DNA from: a virus | Taxonomy: Duplodnaviria > Caudoviricetes | Virus record (IMG/VR): IMGVR_UViG_2772190746_000001 | Span: 2,256-66,255 of that record | Strand: one strand, 5' to 3' | Length of the DNA stretch: 64,000 nt | In this document: piece after piece, positions 29,593-39,686 of the stretch | How positions within the stretch are numbered: the first letter of the stretch is position 1 | Layout of the letters: each line of letters begins with the position of its first letter | Position numbers and translations under genes: made by a program | Notes under the pieces: model-generated | What the model was told of the DNA's origin: nothing | Database searches by the model: none | Seen by the model: the letters and a program-made list of their open reading frames with translations, nothing else

Positions 29593-30823
29593 TGAACGGC
29601 TTCGCGAATGGGCGACCCCTCGACAGCGCGAGTTCATTGACGCGATAGACCTACACGGTTCTTGCCGGGCTGCCGAGCGCGCGCTGAACGTCAGTTACGG
29701 CCTTATTGCGCGGTCGATGCGGGGGTTGAAAAAACTCGCTGCTGCGAAAGGTTATAGTCCGGAGCACGCGCTGACCCATGTCATTCCTGACCCTTACGTC
29801 GCAAAGGGCCATAGCACCTACTATGACCGCGAAGGGAAGCCGACACAGCAGTGGGTGAAAACCAAGCTGGATGACGCAGCCTACCAGGCGATGCTGCGTG
29901 AAGCTGTCGATGCTTACATAAGCGAAACGGTTCAGCCGATTTACCCCGCACCCCCGATGCCCGGCAGAGGCACCGACATCATCCCTTGGATAAACATTGG
30001 CGACGGCCATCTCGGTATGTTGGCCCATGAAGCTGAAACAGGTGCCAATTTCGACCTCAAGATCGCTGAACGCGAACTGTGCGCGGCGATATCCATAGCC
30101 GTGGATGACATGGGTGAACACGATCGCATCGTCATCCAGGACATGGGTGACATGACGCACTACGAGAACTTCTCTGCGACCACGGAGCACAGTGGTCATG
30201 CACTTGACTACGACACGCGCTTTCCGAAGATGATTCGGGTGTACAGCCGGGTCATGCGCTTCATTGTAGAGAAAGTGCTTGAGAAGGCCAATACCGTTGA
30301 CGTTATCGTCAATCAGGGGAACCACAGCCGCACGAATGACATCTGGATGGCGGAAATACTACGAGTCGCATACGGTCACACTGGTCGCGTCAACGTTCTC
30401 GACAACGACAGCGTCTTCATTGGATATCGAATGGGCAACACCTTCGTGATGTGCCACCATTCCGATAAATGCCGCCCCGCCAAGCTGGCTCACGTTATGG
30501 CGACCGATTTTGCAGTCGATTGGGGCGAGGCGCGCCACCGGTACATCGACATCGGTCATATCCACCACAACATGGTGCTGAAAGAGCATCCCGGCGTCGT
30601 GGTCGAATCCTTCAACCAACTCGCTGAGAAAGACAAGTACGCCGCAGAAGGCGGATGGCGTAGCCGACAATGCCTGACCATCATTCACCGCAGTCGAACC
30701 TATGGGGAAGTGGGGCGACAGATCCTTCCGATTGAGCGTGTCCGTGACGTAATCGTTGCTGCCGCTGCGCTGGAGGGGCGAACGATAGAACTTGCTCGGC
30801 CCCGAAGAGCGTACGCGGTGTGA
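29579..30823 (+). CDS. calcineurin-like metallophosphoesterase with N-terminal HTH
   Basis: GDGHLG, GDMTH, GNHS, HHSD, GHIHH motifs. Confidence 0.8.
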   Translation: MSTIDERLREWATPRQREFIDAIDLHGSCRAAERALNVSYGLIARSMRGLKKLAAAKGYSPEHALTHVIPDPYVAKGHSTYYDREGKPTQQWVKTKLDDAAYQAMLREAVDAYISETVQPIYPAPPMPGRGTDIIPWINIGDGHLGMLAHEAETGANFDLKIAERELCAAISIAVDDMGEHDRIVIQDMGDMTHYENFSATTEHSGHALDYDTRFPKMIRVYSRVMRFIVEKVLEKANTVDVIVNQGNHSRTNDIWMAEILRVAYGHTGRVNVLDNDSVFIGYRMGNTFVMCHHSDKCRPAKLAHVMATDFAVDWGEARHRYIDIGHIHHNMVLKEHPGVVVESFNQLAEKDKYAAEGGWRSRQCLTIIHRSRTYGEVGRQILPIERVRDVIVAAAALEGRTIELARPRRAYAV

Positions 30824-31425
30824 CGACGAAGATTTGCACTAAATGCCGCATATCCAAGCCGATCCAGATGTTCGGCAAAAAGCGGTCAGCTAAGAGCGGC
30901 ATTCACCCATGGTGCCGGCCCTGCAACGTTGAAGCAGCCCGTCTTAAAACTCCCGAAGCCAAGGCGAAGAAGGCGTCGTATGATCGCCGATACGTGGCTG
31001 AAAACAGGGACCGAATTCAGCTGCGCGAGCAAGACTCATACGCTCGGAAGCGGTCAGTCCGGATCGCCCAAGTGGCTGACTGGGCGAAGAGAAATCCTGC
31101 CGCCAGGCGGGCTATCATACGCAATTACAAGGCGCGGCGCCGGTCCCAAACTGAGGGTGGCTGCACGGCGGCTCAGCTTCGAGAGTGGCTTGAAATTCAG
31201 ACATTTACGTGCGTCTGGTGCGCTGCTGACTGCTCGGATGATTACCATGTGGACCACGTTGTCCCATTGGCCCGTGGCGGCGAACATGCTCTCTACAATC
31301 TTGCGATTGCATGCCCGGTTTGCAATCAGCGGAAAAGTGTCAAAGACCCAATGAGGTTTGCACTGGAACTCCAGCACGAGCGCGCAGTTCGCTCCTTCCT
31401 CATCGGTGTTGCACTGGCCGCGTAA
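30820..31425 (+). CDS. HNH endonuclease
   Basis: CVWC...HVDHVVPL.RGG.H...N...AC..CN..K. Confidence 0.88.
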   Translation: MTTKICTKCRISKPIQMFGKKRSAKSGIHPWCRPCNVEAARLKTPEAKAKKASYDRRYVAENRDRIQLREQDSYARKRSVRIAQVADWAKRNPAARRAIIRNYKARRRSQTEGGCTAAQLREWLEIQTFTCVWCAADCSDDYHVDHVVPLARGGEHALYNLAIACPVCNQRKSVKDPMRFALELQHERAVRSFLIGVALAA

Positions 31426-31463
31426 CTGTTCCGCAAACGTTCTGTTTGCGGTATCCGCTCTGC

Positions 31464-31694
31464 ATGGGTGGACCGAAGCGCTTCGATACGATCTTCGATT
31501 ATGGGAGTTGGGCGTGTGACTTGAAGGTCACGTGTCGATGTGGTCACTCAGCTGTTATCGACCCGAAGGCTGTAGTGAAATCCTGCATCGACCGTAGACT
31601 CGGCTTCCGTATGACCGACGTCAGGAAGCGCCTTCGCTGCACCCGGTGTGGTGGTCGGCGCGTAGAATGTTCCCCGTCGCCACGGAAATCATGA
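31464..31694 (+). CDS. small zinc-ribbon protein
   Basis: CRCGH...LRCTRCG. Confidence 0.55.
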   Translation: MGGPKRFDTIFDYGSWACDLKVTCRCGHSAVIDPKAVVKSCIDRRLGFRMTDVRKRLRCTRCGGRRVECSPSPRKS

Positions 31695-31994
31695 GGCCAC
31701 TGCGCCGAGCAGCGTGATGCCGAACTGCGCGCAGAAGCCAGTCTCCACGCCGTCGAACTGACCCTTTTCCGTGATGCGGCGGATCACTGACCCGAAGATC
31801 GGGGCATTGCCCGACTGGTGCATGAACTCGATCAGTTCAGCAGCATGACGGCGACCAGTTGCGCAGTCAGTCGAGTAGTCACCGGTACGTTCCGGTGCCC
31901 AGAGGTCGCCTTCCGCGACAAAAGACAGACCCGCGAACTGCTTAAAATCGAACATTGTATTCCCCTTTCCGATCCCGAATGTCAGAGCCGACAC
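31689..31994 (-). CDS. hypothetical protein
   Basis: ORF in leftward cluster; start may be the internal ATG (MFDFK). Confidence 0.55.
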   Translation of the reverse strand: MSALTFGIGKGNTMFDFKQFAGLSFVAEGDLWAPERTGDYSTDCATGRRHAAELIEFMHQSGNAPIFGSVIRRITEKGQFDGVETGFCAQFGITLLGAVAS

Positions 31995-32006
31995 AAGTAT
32001 TGAGCG

Positions 32007-32387
32007 TCAACAAATATGATTAATAAATTCAATAGCTTCCGAAGTAATTGAGAAACCCAGCCCTCGAAGTGTCTGGATTGTTTCTGTCGAAGGCAGTTTC
32101 TTCCGAATCCTGCAAATTCGAACGTGAACTCCGTTGCCCCGACGCTCTGCTTCACCGTGACCGGGAAGACCTTCCGCCAGCTGTTCCATCGACACGACAC
32201 GACCGCCGGCCTTGAACAGCGTTGCGAGAATCCAAGCCTCGCCTGGGGTGAGGTTCAGCGCGAGTCGCAGCCGGGCTTCCAATGCGGCGTCACCTCCGAA
32301 AAGAAGGCCGCGCAGGCGGGTAACCTCACTGCGAAGTTCCACGATCTCCTCATCACGGCGGATGTCTTGCAAAATAGCATGTTCCAT
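32007..32387 (-). CDS. winged-helix (OmpR C-terminal-like) DNA-binding protein
   Basis: LTP.E..IL..L...V.S.EQL...V.I.RIRKKL...I.T.RG.GF. Confidence 0.8.
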   Translation of the reverse strand: MEHAILQDIRRDEEIVELRSEVTRLRGLLFGGDAALEARLRLALNLTPGEAWILATLFKAGGRVVSMEQLAEGLPGHGEAERRGNGVHVRICRIRKKLPSTETIQTLRGLGFSITSEAIEFINHIC

Positions 32388-32474
32388 GTTTGTTCTCTTT
32401 TGCCATGAATCGTCGGTCTAGGAAATATCCTATGGTGAAGCAGGCGAATCTTTTCTCGGCGTAGGAAATTTCCT

Positions 32475-33137
32475 TCAGCCAACCAGTGCCTCGAACTCGT
32501 CGCCGAGCAGGTCGTCGAAGTTCGTGGTGCCAAACTTGGTCGTCTCGTTTCCCCACGTGTCCCAACCGAGTCGCTGTTGGCGCGCAAAAAGTTCGAGGTA
32601 TGGGCCGGCGGCAAGGCGTTCACACCGATCGTACTGGTCGTCAGGCTTGCGGCTGTGCTCGCGGCGGGGAGCAAAGATCACGTGCTCGTCGCTCTCGAAA
32701 AGCTGCCGGACGCCAGCGTCGAGGCGTGACGGCTTACCCTTCGTGAAGATCAGCGTGTATTCGGTCTGCTTACGGACCCATTTGCCCATGCTGATCGGGC
32801 GCACTTTTGGATCATGCTTACCGACCTTCACCCAGACGAAACCGTCGCTTTTGAACGCGAAGCCCCAATCCCGACCGAGTTGGATCGCTTGGTCTAGATG
32901 GCTGCCGATTACCCACATCATGAGAACGCAGTCCTTGGCCGCCACCTCTGCGACGGGCAGCGCGGCCATCTCTTCGATCGTCATGGTGGGGTATGGTTCA
33001 TCTTCCGTCCGGTGAGGGGCTGCCCCTTTCCCCGAGAAGTTGACCCACGACCAGGCAGGGTCGGCCATGATGAAGCCGTAGCCATTCCGCCGCAGCCCAT
33101 CGAAGGCACCGCCGCTGATTCGTGCGACCTGAGTCAT
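32475..33137 (-). CDS. MT-A70 family methyltransferase
   Basis: ADPAW (DPPW variant), MMWV, WGF, VWVK, EHSRKP motifs. Confidence 0.88.
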   Translation of the reverse strand: MTQVARISGGAFDGLRRNGYGFIMADPAWSWVNFSGKGAAPHRTEDEPYPTMTIEEMAALPVAEVAAKDCVLMMWVIGSHLDQAIQLGRDWGFAFKSDGFVWVKVGKHDPKVRPISMGKWVRKQTEYTLIFTKGKPSRLDAGVRQLFESDEHVIFAPRREHSRKPDDQYDRCERLAAGPYLELFARQQRLGWDTWGNETTKFGTTNFDDLLGDEFEALVG

Positions 33138-33517
33138 CCGAGCAAGTCTCCGAAATCGTCGTCGGCGCCCGGGGCAACAGCGTCCTCGAAGGAGTCCGAA
33201 TCGTCGGCGTCCGGCTCCGTGAAAACTGCTGCCATGGCAGCGCGACGGCGGGCGTTGTGCTCGCCGGTCTCGCGCAGCGCTGCTTGGTAGCGCCGCTCTA
33301 GGTCGCGCTCCTCGCGTTCGAACCCGATGAGGGCGGCACGCAGCGCATCTACCGGGTCGCCGTGGGTGTTACCCAAGTGGTGGAAGGACGGGTGGCTGTT
33401 GTCGAACGGGTAGATTCCGGCGCCCCACTCCCCATCCGGAAGACGGTCTAGCGCAATGCGGCCGCGCTGCAGGGATACGGCCCGCAGCAAATCTTCAAGG
33501 GGAGTAACGGCAGCCAT
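33134..33517 (-). CDS. hypothetical protein with acidic FGDLLG tail
   Basis: Coupled ORF in leftward operon. Confidence 0.65.
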   Translation of the reverse strand: MAAVTPLEDLLRAVSLQRGRIALDRLPDGEWGAGIYPFDNSHPSFHHLGNTHGDPVDALRAALIGFEREERDLERRYQAALRETGEHNARRRAAMAAVFTEPDADDSDSFEDAVAPGADDDFGDLLG

Positions 33518-33519
33518 GA

Positions 33520-33777
33520 TCAGATCATTCCCAGGGCAGCCATGTAGGTCTCGGTGAGCATTTCCTGCTCGCGGCGATCGTCGGGCTTGATCTTCCGGAG
33601 CCGAACGATGTTGCGCATGATCTTGACGTCGTAGCCGACAGCCTTGGCCTCGTTGTAGACGTCCTTGATGTCGTCCGAGACACCCTTCTTCTCTTCTTCC
33701 AAGCGCTCGACGCGCTCGATCAGCAGGCGCAGACGGTCGTCGCTATCCTCGCCGCCATTGTGTCCGATAGTGCTCAT
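33520..33777 (-). CDS. gapR: GapR/DUF2312 nucleoid-associated protein
   Basis: LRLLIERVERLEEEKK..SDDIKDVY.EAK..GYD.KIMR. Confidence 0.92.
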   Translation of the reverse strand: MSTIGHNGGEDSDDRLRLLIERVERLEEEKKGVSDDIKDVYNEAKAVGYDVKIMRNIVRLRKIKPDDRREQEMLTETYMAALGMI

Positions 33778-33947
33778 TGCGAATCCCTTTTGGCGAGTCC
33801 AATCACGTATGGGTTGATTTTAATCATGCGTCAATGGACGATCATTCCTAGAAAAAATAAACATGCGATGATGTGGCATCTTTGCTTTTAGGCTACGAAA
33901 ACAGCGAAAATCTGCCACTTTGCGAGCGGTGATCCTTTAACGGAATC

Positions 33948-34967
33948 TCAACTCAGGATTTTCGTAAGCTCAGTATTTTCCGATTCACGGGTCAACCTGC
34001 GCGTGTCGAACCGGTCCCACACGTCGTTCCAGTTGCCGGTCGTGGCGGCCTTGGAATACTCGGTCGCACGGGCTTCGAAGAAGTTCGCATGCTCCACGCC
34101 GTTGAGCAGGGCAGAGAGCCAGGGCAAAGGATGATCTTCAATGAGATAGATCGGCGCCAGCCCCAGTTGTTTCAGGCGCCAGTCAGCGATGAACCGGATA
34201 TACCGCTTGATATCGGTCGGCGTCATACCCTCGACCGGCCCCATCTCGAAGGCCAGGTCGACGAAAGCGTCTTCGAGACGGACGGTCGTCTGACACTGGT
34301 CGGCGATGTCGTCCTTCACGGCCTTGGTAAGACAGCCGCGCTCCTTCACGAAGGTGTGGAACAGCTTGATGATGCCCTCGCAATGCAGCGATTCGTCGCG
34401 CACCGACCATGAGACAATCTGGCCCATGCCCTTCATCTTGTTGAAGCGCGGGAAGTTCATGAGCATCGCGAAGCTGGCGAACAGCTGCAACCCCTCGGTG
34501 AAGCCGCCGAACATCGCGAGAGTGCGCGCAATATCCTCGTCGTTATCGACGCCGAAGGTCTGCAGGTAGTCGTGCTTGTCCTTGAGCGCTGCGTATTCGA
34601 GGAACGCGCCATATTCGCTCTCGGGCATGCCGATGGTGTCGAGCAGATGGGAATAGGCCGCGATATGCACCGTCTCCATGTTGGAGAACGAGGTAAGCAT
34701 CATCTTGATTTCGGTCGGCTTGAAGACCCGCGCGTACTTCTCGTGGTAGCAGTCCTGCACCTCGACGTCGGCCTGCGTGAAGAAGCGGAAAATCTGGGTG
34801 AGCAGGTTGCGCTCTTGGTCAGTGATCTTGTGCGCCCAGTCCTTACAGTCTTCGCCGAGTGGCACTTCCTCCGGCAGCCAGTGGACCTGCTGCTGGATCT
34901 TCCAGTAGTCATAGGCCCACGGATATTCGAACGGCTTGTACGTTTTGCGAGCTTCGAGAAGGGGCAT
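33948..34967 (-). CDS. nrdB: class Ia ribonucleotide reductase beta subunit
   Basis: FFTQAD, ETVH..AY (radical Tyr), EGLQLF.SF, RDESLH, NFFE. Confidence 0.95.
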   Translation of the reverse strand: MPLLEARKTYKPFEYPWAYDYWKIQQQVHWLPEEVPLGEDCKDWAHKITDQERNLLTQIFRFFTQADVEVQDCYHEKYARVFKPTEIKMMLTSFSNMETVHIAAYSHLLDTIGMPESEYGAFLEYAALKDKHDYLQTFGVDNDEDIARTLAMFGGFTEGLQLFASFAMLMNFPRFNKMKGMGQIVSWSVRDESLHCEGIIKLFHTFVKERGCLTKAVKDDIADQCQTTVRLEDAFVDLAFEMGPVEGMTPTDIKRYIRFIADWRLKQLGLAPIYLIEDHPLPWLSALLNGVEHANFFEARATEYSKAATTGNWNDVWDRFDTRRLTRESENTELTKILS

Positions 34968-34979
34968 GCTGACTCCGAA

Positions 34980-35462
34980 TTATGCGAAATGGGTGAGCCG
35001 CAACCGCGCCAGCTTCAGGGCTGCGGAAACGGACTGAATGCTGACGGCGCCACGCTCGGCGATTTCGGAAACGGTAAGGTCGTTCATCACACCGAGCACG
35101 GCAGCGCGCTGCGCGGGACCGAGCGTCACCGCCCGCTGTCGCAACTGGTCGAGGAGCACTGCGGCCTCCTGCGGCGCTGGGGCAGCGCGTTGATCGTCTT
35201 CCTCGGCCCACGAGACATGGTCGCTTCCGGCACCACGCTTGACGCGGTTCGCTTCGCGCAGAAGATGTGCAAACACGCGGCGTGCGACACCGGTCAGCCA
35301 GGCAAGGACGTTGTCGGTCGTGCGGTTCGACCATGCGCGCCACGCCTGCAAGAACGTCTCCTGCAGCACATCCTCTGCCTCCAAGGGCGTCTGCGCACAT
35401 CGGCGGCGGATGTAGTGGGCAAGACGTGCCCTGTAGCTGCGGTAGGCATGGTCGAAAGTCAC
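34980..35462 (-). CDS. ECF-type sigma-70 factor
   Basis: AEDVLQETFL.AW, AWL..VAR region 2; region 4 HTH. Confidence 0.82.
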   Translation of the reverse strand: MTFDHAYRSYRARLAHYIRRRCAQTPLEAEDVLQETFLQAWRAWSNRTTDNVLAWLTGVARRVFAHLLREANRVKRGAGSDHVSWAEEDDQRAAPAPQEAAVLLDQLRQRAVTLGPAQRAAVLGVMNDLTVSEIAERGAVSIQSVSAALKLARLRLTHFA

Positions 35463-35489
35463 AGAATCACCTTTTAGTTGATGCCGTGC

Positions 35490-36170
35490 TCACAGCAACG
35501 CGGCGATGGCGCGCTGCAGATCTTCCACAGTGCCGGTGTTCCAGATTTCGGGCATCTGGATGAGGTCGAGCTGCCCTTCACTGGCGTGCGCGCCGCCGGT
35601 CACCGCAAACCCCGGACGCACGATCCGCCGGGATTCCCCGTCTGCCGCCTCGACCGCTTCGAACTCGTTGGGGAAGCGCATATCGTCGATCACGACATGG
35701 ATACCGTCAGCACGGGACAGGTCTGCCTCGTCGATCGCGATCATCACCCAGAGATTGGTGTGAATTTTCTCCCGGCCCCACTCGGTGCCGAGCGTCTGCT
35801 GCAACCGGCGCGACGTGACACCGGGCACCACGGTCGCACGACCCCATTCGACCAGGCTGTCGATGATCTCGCCCTGGGTCAGCGTGACAGCACCCGGCAC
35901 CGGTCCCATCGCCTGCAGCATGGCGACCGCATACTCTGGCAGAAACTCGCCAAGGTCGCCAATCGGCACTTCCTTGAGGTCGCCATCCACGTACCGGTCG
36001 ATGACAATGCCGCTGACGCCGCAACACCGCAGTAGAGCGCGTGTCATTCGCTTAAGCGGCCCGGCAAACTTTACGAGGTCGTAGCCATGGTCGACCAGAT
36101 ACTGGGCGGCGGTGGATTTCCCCGAGCCCATGGCGGGGGAGCAAAGGGCGATGAGGCGTCCGCGGGTCAT
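35490..36170 (-). CDS. deoxynucleoside monophosphate kinase
   Basis: GSGKST P-loop, FA.PLK, R.LQQ.LGTEWGR, DDMRFPNE. Confidence 0.88.
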   Translation of the reverse strand: MTRGRLIALCSPAMGSGKSTAAQYLVDHGYDLVKFAGPLKRMTRALLRCCGVSGIVIDRYVDGDLKEVPIGDLGEFLPEYAVAMLQAMGPVPGAVTLTQGEIIDSLVEWGRATVVPGVTSRRLQQTLGTEWGREKIHTNLWVMIAIDEADLSRADGIHVVIDDMRFPNEFEAVEAADGESRRIVRPGFAVTGGAHASEGQLDLIQMPEIWNTGTVEDLQRAIAALL

Positions 36171-36832
36171 GCTGCAAGGAGTCCTTCGATGCGGCCGGCG
36201 ATCTCTGCGTTGCGCTCGGCCTTGGAGATGGTGTCGTCAGTGGCCGGTTTGGCCCGGTGACTGGCTTCGTAGAAGCGGAACAGCTCGCCGGATTCCGCCA
36301 GCAGTTCACGCGGCGCGAGCAGCCGCCGGTAGGACTCGTTGACTACACGAGCCTGATGGCGGGCATCGTCGAGCGCATAGTGCTGCACGCCTTGGAACGG
36401 GATGCTGGGCCACCCGGCCGCCTCGTAGATGGTCCGGGTGTCGCGCGGCGCTCGGTGACCCCACGGAACGGTCTGTCCGGCGGCGCGGTAGACGGCGGCC
36501 AGGATCGCCTCGTCGAAATGGGGCCCGTGCGACCAGAGGCCGAGGTCGGTTCCTGCGTGGTCTTCCAGCCACCCGGCGAACTGGGCGAGTCCTATTGCCA
36601 TCGGCACCTGGCTCTCAAGCAGAAGGGCGACGGTGTCCTCTGGCTGGTCGTCCCAGAACTTCACGGTTTCCGGTTCGCGGATTAGACCGTGACGCGCGCC
36701 GCCGCTCACATTGACGTAGAACTCGGCACCGAGCGTCCCGGCGAGCGGGTCGAACACGACCGCGCCGATGCTGCGAATATCGGACCCGGGCGTGACACCC
36801 CAGGTCTCGAGGTCGAACATGATATGGGTCAT
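36167..36832 (-). CDS. DEDD 3'-5' exonuclease
   Basis: MFDLET, FDEAIL, RDTRT, H.ALDDA. Confidence 0.85.
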   Translation of the reverse strand: MTHIMFDLETWGVTPGSDIRSIGAVVFDPLAGTLGAEFYVNVSGGARHGLIREPETVKFWDDQPEDTVALLLESQVPMAIGLAQFAGWLEDHAGTDLGLWSHGPHFDEAILAAVYRAAGQTVPWGHRAPRDTRTIYEAAGWPSIPFQGVQHYALDDARHQARVVNESYRRLLAPRELLAESGELFRFYEASHRAKPATDDTISKAERNAEIAGRIEGLLAA

Positions 36833-37200
36833 CCCAACAACTCCTCGAAATCGTCGCCGAGCAGGTCGGCAAAATCATCATCTGGCTGCGGCGCTGACAC
36901 CCGCGCACCACACAACCCGCGTTCCAGCATTTCCGCGCCGCCCGGCACTTCGATCCCCGACTGCAGGAAGGCTGCCTGGATCGCCTCGACCACGGTCTTC
37001 CCGGTCGCCAGCCCCCGGTCGAAGAACATCCATCCGCCCATGTCGGTGCGCTTCGGCTGGACGGCGCGGCACTGGTACTTCCGACCGCTGCGCTCGATCG
37101 CGTCAAACGCCAGACCGTGCTGCCCGCAGAGACGGTGGAATTGCTTCCATTCCGGCAGTTGCCGGGCGGCATCGATGTTGGGATCGGGGCGCCAGAACAT
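36829..37200 (-). CDS. hypothetical protein with double F..LLG tail
   Basis: Coupled ORF; start uncertain (37200 or 37233). Confidence 0.6.
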   Translation of the reverse strand: MFWRPDPNIDAARQLPEWKQFHRLCGQHGLAFDAIERSGRKYQCRAVQPKRTDMGGWMFFDRGLATGKTVVEAIQAAFLQSGIEVPGGAEMLERGLCGARVSAPQPDDDFADLLGDDFEELLG

Positions 37201-37201
37201 C

Positions 37202-37477
37202 TCAGCGCTCAGCGTTATTGGCGCGCCGCGCATATTCGGCCTCCAGTGAGCGGCGCAGCGCGGTCGAACCAAACGTCATCATGCGTCGAAGGCGGGTTTC
37301 CTCGTCGGGCCGACCATGGGTGACGTAGCGACGGCGGATCGCCTTGAACGAGCGATACGGCATCCGGTTGAACAGCTCATCGACCGCGACCTTCTTGGCG
37401 ACAACGTCAGCCACCAGCTGGTCGTCCTTCGCGTCCCAGGCAATGCGGGAATAGAAGATGGGGAGAGGGGTGTTCAT
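37202..37477 (-). CDS. putative HTH/Myb-like DNA-binding protein
   Basis: W...DD.L...RS.KAI..R pattern. Confidence 0.5.
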   Translation of the reverse strand: MNTPLPIFYSRIAWDAKDDQLVADVVAKKVAVDELFNRMPYRSFKAIRRRYVTHGRPDEETRLRRMMTFGSTALRRSLEAEYARRANNAER

Positions 37478-38316
37478 GCCGACACCTCGGCCTTGATCGA
37501 CGGGTGCGGGTTGTAGTCGTCGAGGGTGATGTCGATCGGGGATAGGTCACCGGGGACCGGTCCCCACCACCCCTTTTCGTTCAGACAGCGCGCGATATTA
37601 AGCGTCGGAAACGCCCGAGGCTCGCGGCTCAGTTGCTCTCGCGCCTGGTCGACGTGGTTGCCGTAGAGATGAACATCGCCGAAGGTGTGGACGAACTCGC
37701 CGACCTTTAGTCCGACTTCCCGCGCAATGAGGTGCGTCAGCAGCGCGTAGGAGGCGATGTTGAACGGCACGCCGAGGAACACGTCTGCAGACCGCTGATA
37801 AAGCTGGCAGGACAGTTTCCCGTTCGCGACGAAGAACTGGAACAGGCAGTGGCACGGCGGCAGTGCCATGTCGTCTATCTCAGCCGGGTTCCAAGCGGTG
37901 ACGATGTGGCGGCGTCCGTAGGGATCGCGCTTCAGGCCGTCGATGACGTTGGCGATCTGGTCGATGCACACCGCGTCCCAGGTATCCATCTTGATGCCGA
38001 TCCACGACCGCCACTGCTTCCCATAGACCGGGCCGAGGTTGCCGTCCTCATCCGCCCACTCATCCCAGATGGTAACGCCGTGGTCGTGGAGGAACTTGAC
38101 GTTCGTGTCGCCGCGCAGGAACCACAGCAACTCGACGACGATCGCCTTCCAGTGGACTCGCTTGGTCGTCAGCAGCGGGAAACCCTGCGACAAATCGAAG
38201 CGGATCTGTCGGCCAAACAGCCCATAGGTGACGCCGTTACGACCTTCACGCTTCTCGCCGTTTTCGAGGCAATCGCGCAGCAGGTCGAGATACTGGTTTT
38301 CGGGATGAACGCTCAT
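37474..38316 (-). CDS. thyA: thymidylate synthase
   Basis: [47 protein letters not shown]. Confidence 0.97.
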   Translation of the reverse strand: MSVHPENQYLDLLRDCLENGEKREGRNGVTYGLFGRQIRFDLSQGFPLLTTKRVHWKAIVVELLWFLRGDTNVKFLHDHGVTIWDEWADEDGNLGPVYGKQWRSWIGIKMDTWDAVCIDQIANVIDGLKRDPYGRRHIVTAWNPAEIDDMALPPCHCLFQFFVANGKLSCQLYQRSADVFLGVPFNIASYALLTHLIAREVGLKVGEFVHTFGDVHLYGNHVDQAREQLSREPRAFPTLNIARCLNEKGWWGPVPGDLSPIDITLDDYNPHPSIKAEVSA

Positions 38317-39686
38317 GCTGCTGCTCCCGAGACCGGACGCCACCGGGCCACGTGTGCCCAGTTACGATTACCCGCCGGACCTTCAGTGGTCGTGGGATTG
38401 GTGACGTACTGCACTTCGACACGCGTATCGTCAGGCACGGGGCAGGGGGTGCCGGGCTGATGGTCAACCCATTCGCCGATGCGGTAGGCGCGGCGGAACT
38501 CATGCGCGCCCGGTTTGGTGGACCTCCCGTTGCGATGAATTCCGGGGTACGGCTGGCTGCCGTCAACCTTCCGCCATTCATAGGGTACGCCGCCTGGCGC
38601 ATCGAAGTCGAGGCCGTTCACCCATGGACCAAAAGCCCACAGCGCGGCCTTGGAGCGGTAACCGATGATAGTTCGCACAGTCTCACGCGACCAATCCCAC
38701 CCCCAAGAGCGGTCTCGAGTCGCGGTCTGCCCATCGTCGAACAGCACTTCGCCGCCGTCCCAGTCAGCCGGGTGATCTTTGCCGCCCGCCCAGGGAATGA
38801 AACCGCGCGACAGAGCTTTATACACCCAATGGTCGGCGGACAGGCGGATATCAGCGATGCTGCTGTTCCAGCGAACGCTCGAAGCCAGCCACACGGTGTC
38901 ATTATACCATGAGCCCTCGAACGAGACTTCGCCGCCGGCCCACTGCAGCTCGTCGTCCGCTTGGAGCCATGCCGGACACTCGCCGTTCACCGGAATCGGC
39001 GCACCCCATTCACGTTGCTGCTTCCACGGCATCCGAACAACCGACACGACCAGCAGCCAAGTCTCCTCGTCGATCACGTCGATCCCGAGTTCGGCGGCCT
39101 TTTTCAGCTTCGATCCGGCGCCCGGGCCAGCGACTACCAGGTTGGTCCTGCTATGCACCGATCCGGAAACCTTCGCACCCAGGCACTCGGCCTGCGCCTT
39201 CGCGGCTTCACGGCTCATGCGTTCGAGGTGCCCGGTGAACACGATCGTCATTCCGGCGATTCCTGCCCCGACAAGCGTCTTTAGGAGGCGGGTCTGACGT
39301 TCCGCTGCGCGACGTGCTTCGACGAGGTCGTTGTTCGACTTCAGCAGTTCGTCCCGGCGGCGGCGCAGCGCGGTGAGTTCGTTCATGATCGACAGGAGAC
39401 TGTCGTCAGTGATCGCCAGCTTGGCGCGGGGGCCGTCTGCCTGAATTTCTTCGACGATCGCATGCGGCCGGGCATCATCGACACCAACCGTGCCGCCGAT
39501 GAAGAAGCCTTCCTGCTTGCGGCTGACCTTGAAGCCCTCGAACCTCAGGAACGCGGCGATGCTTTCGGCCAAGCGGGTCTTCCCGCTACCTTGGCCGCCG
39601 GTGAGAGTCAGGTGGATGTCACCGAATACGCGAGCCGCAGCCTCGGTCGGGCGGGGGTAGATAACCTTGACGTCGTTCGGGATCAC
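38313..39686 (-). CDS. mosaic protein: P-loop-like N-terminus, BRCT domain, Trp-rich repeated domains
   Basis: GGQGSGKT; IVFTG.L...R..AK..AE.LGAKV.GSV..T.LVVAG..AGSKL.KA.ELGI; GTG start overlapping upstream stop. Confidence 0.7.
   Translation of the reverse strand: MIPNDVKVIYPRPTEAAARVFGDIHLTLTGGQGSGKTRLAESIAAFLRFEGFKVSRKQEGFFIGGTVGVDDARPHAIVEEIQADGPRAKLAITDDSLLSIMNELTALRRRRDELLKSNNDLVEARRAAERQTRLLKTLVGAGIAGMTIVFTGHLERMSREAAKAQAECLGAKVSGSVHSRTNLVVAGPGAGSKLKKAAELGIDVIDEETWLLVVSVVRMPWKQQREWGAPIPVNGECPAWLQADDELQWAGGEVSFEGSWYNDTVWLASSVRWNSSIADIRLSADHWVYKALSRGFIPWAGGKDHPADWDGGEVLFDDGQTATRDRSWGWDWSRETVRTIIGYRSKAALWAFGPWVNGLDFDAPGGVPYEWRKVDGSQPYPGIHRNGRSTKPGAHEFRRAYRIGEWVDHQPGTPCPVPDDTRVEVQYVTNPTTTEGPAGNRNWAHVARWRPVSGAAA

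Noticed and set aside
37474-38316. ThyA as a hypermodified-pyrimidine (hydroxymethylase) enzyme
   Set aside because: Canonical PCH and PFN (Asn) residues indicate an ordinary dUMP-specific thymidylate synthase
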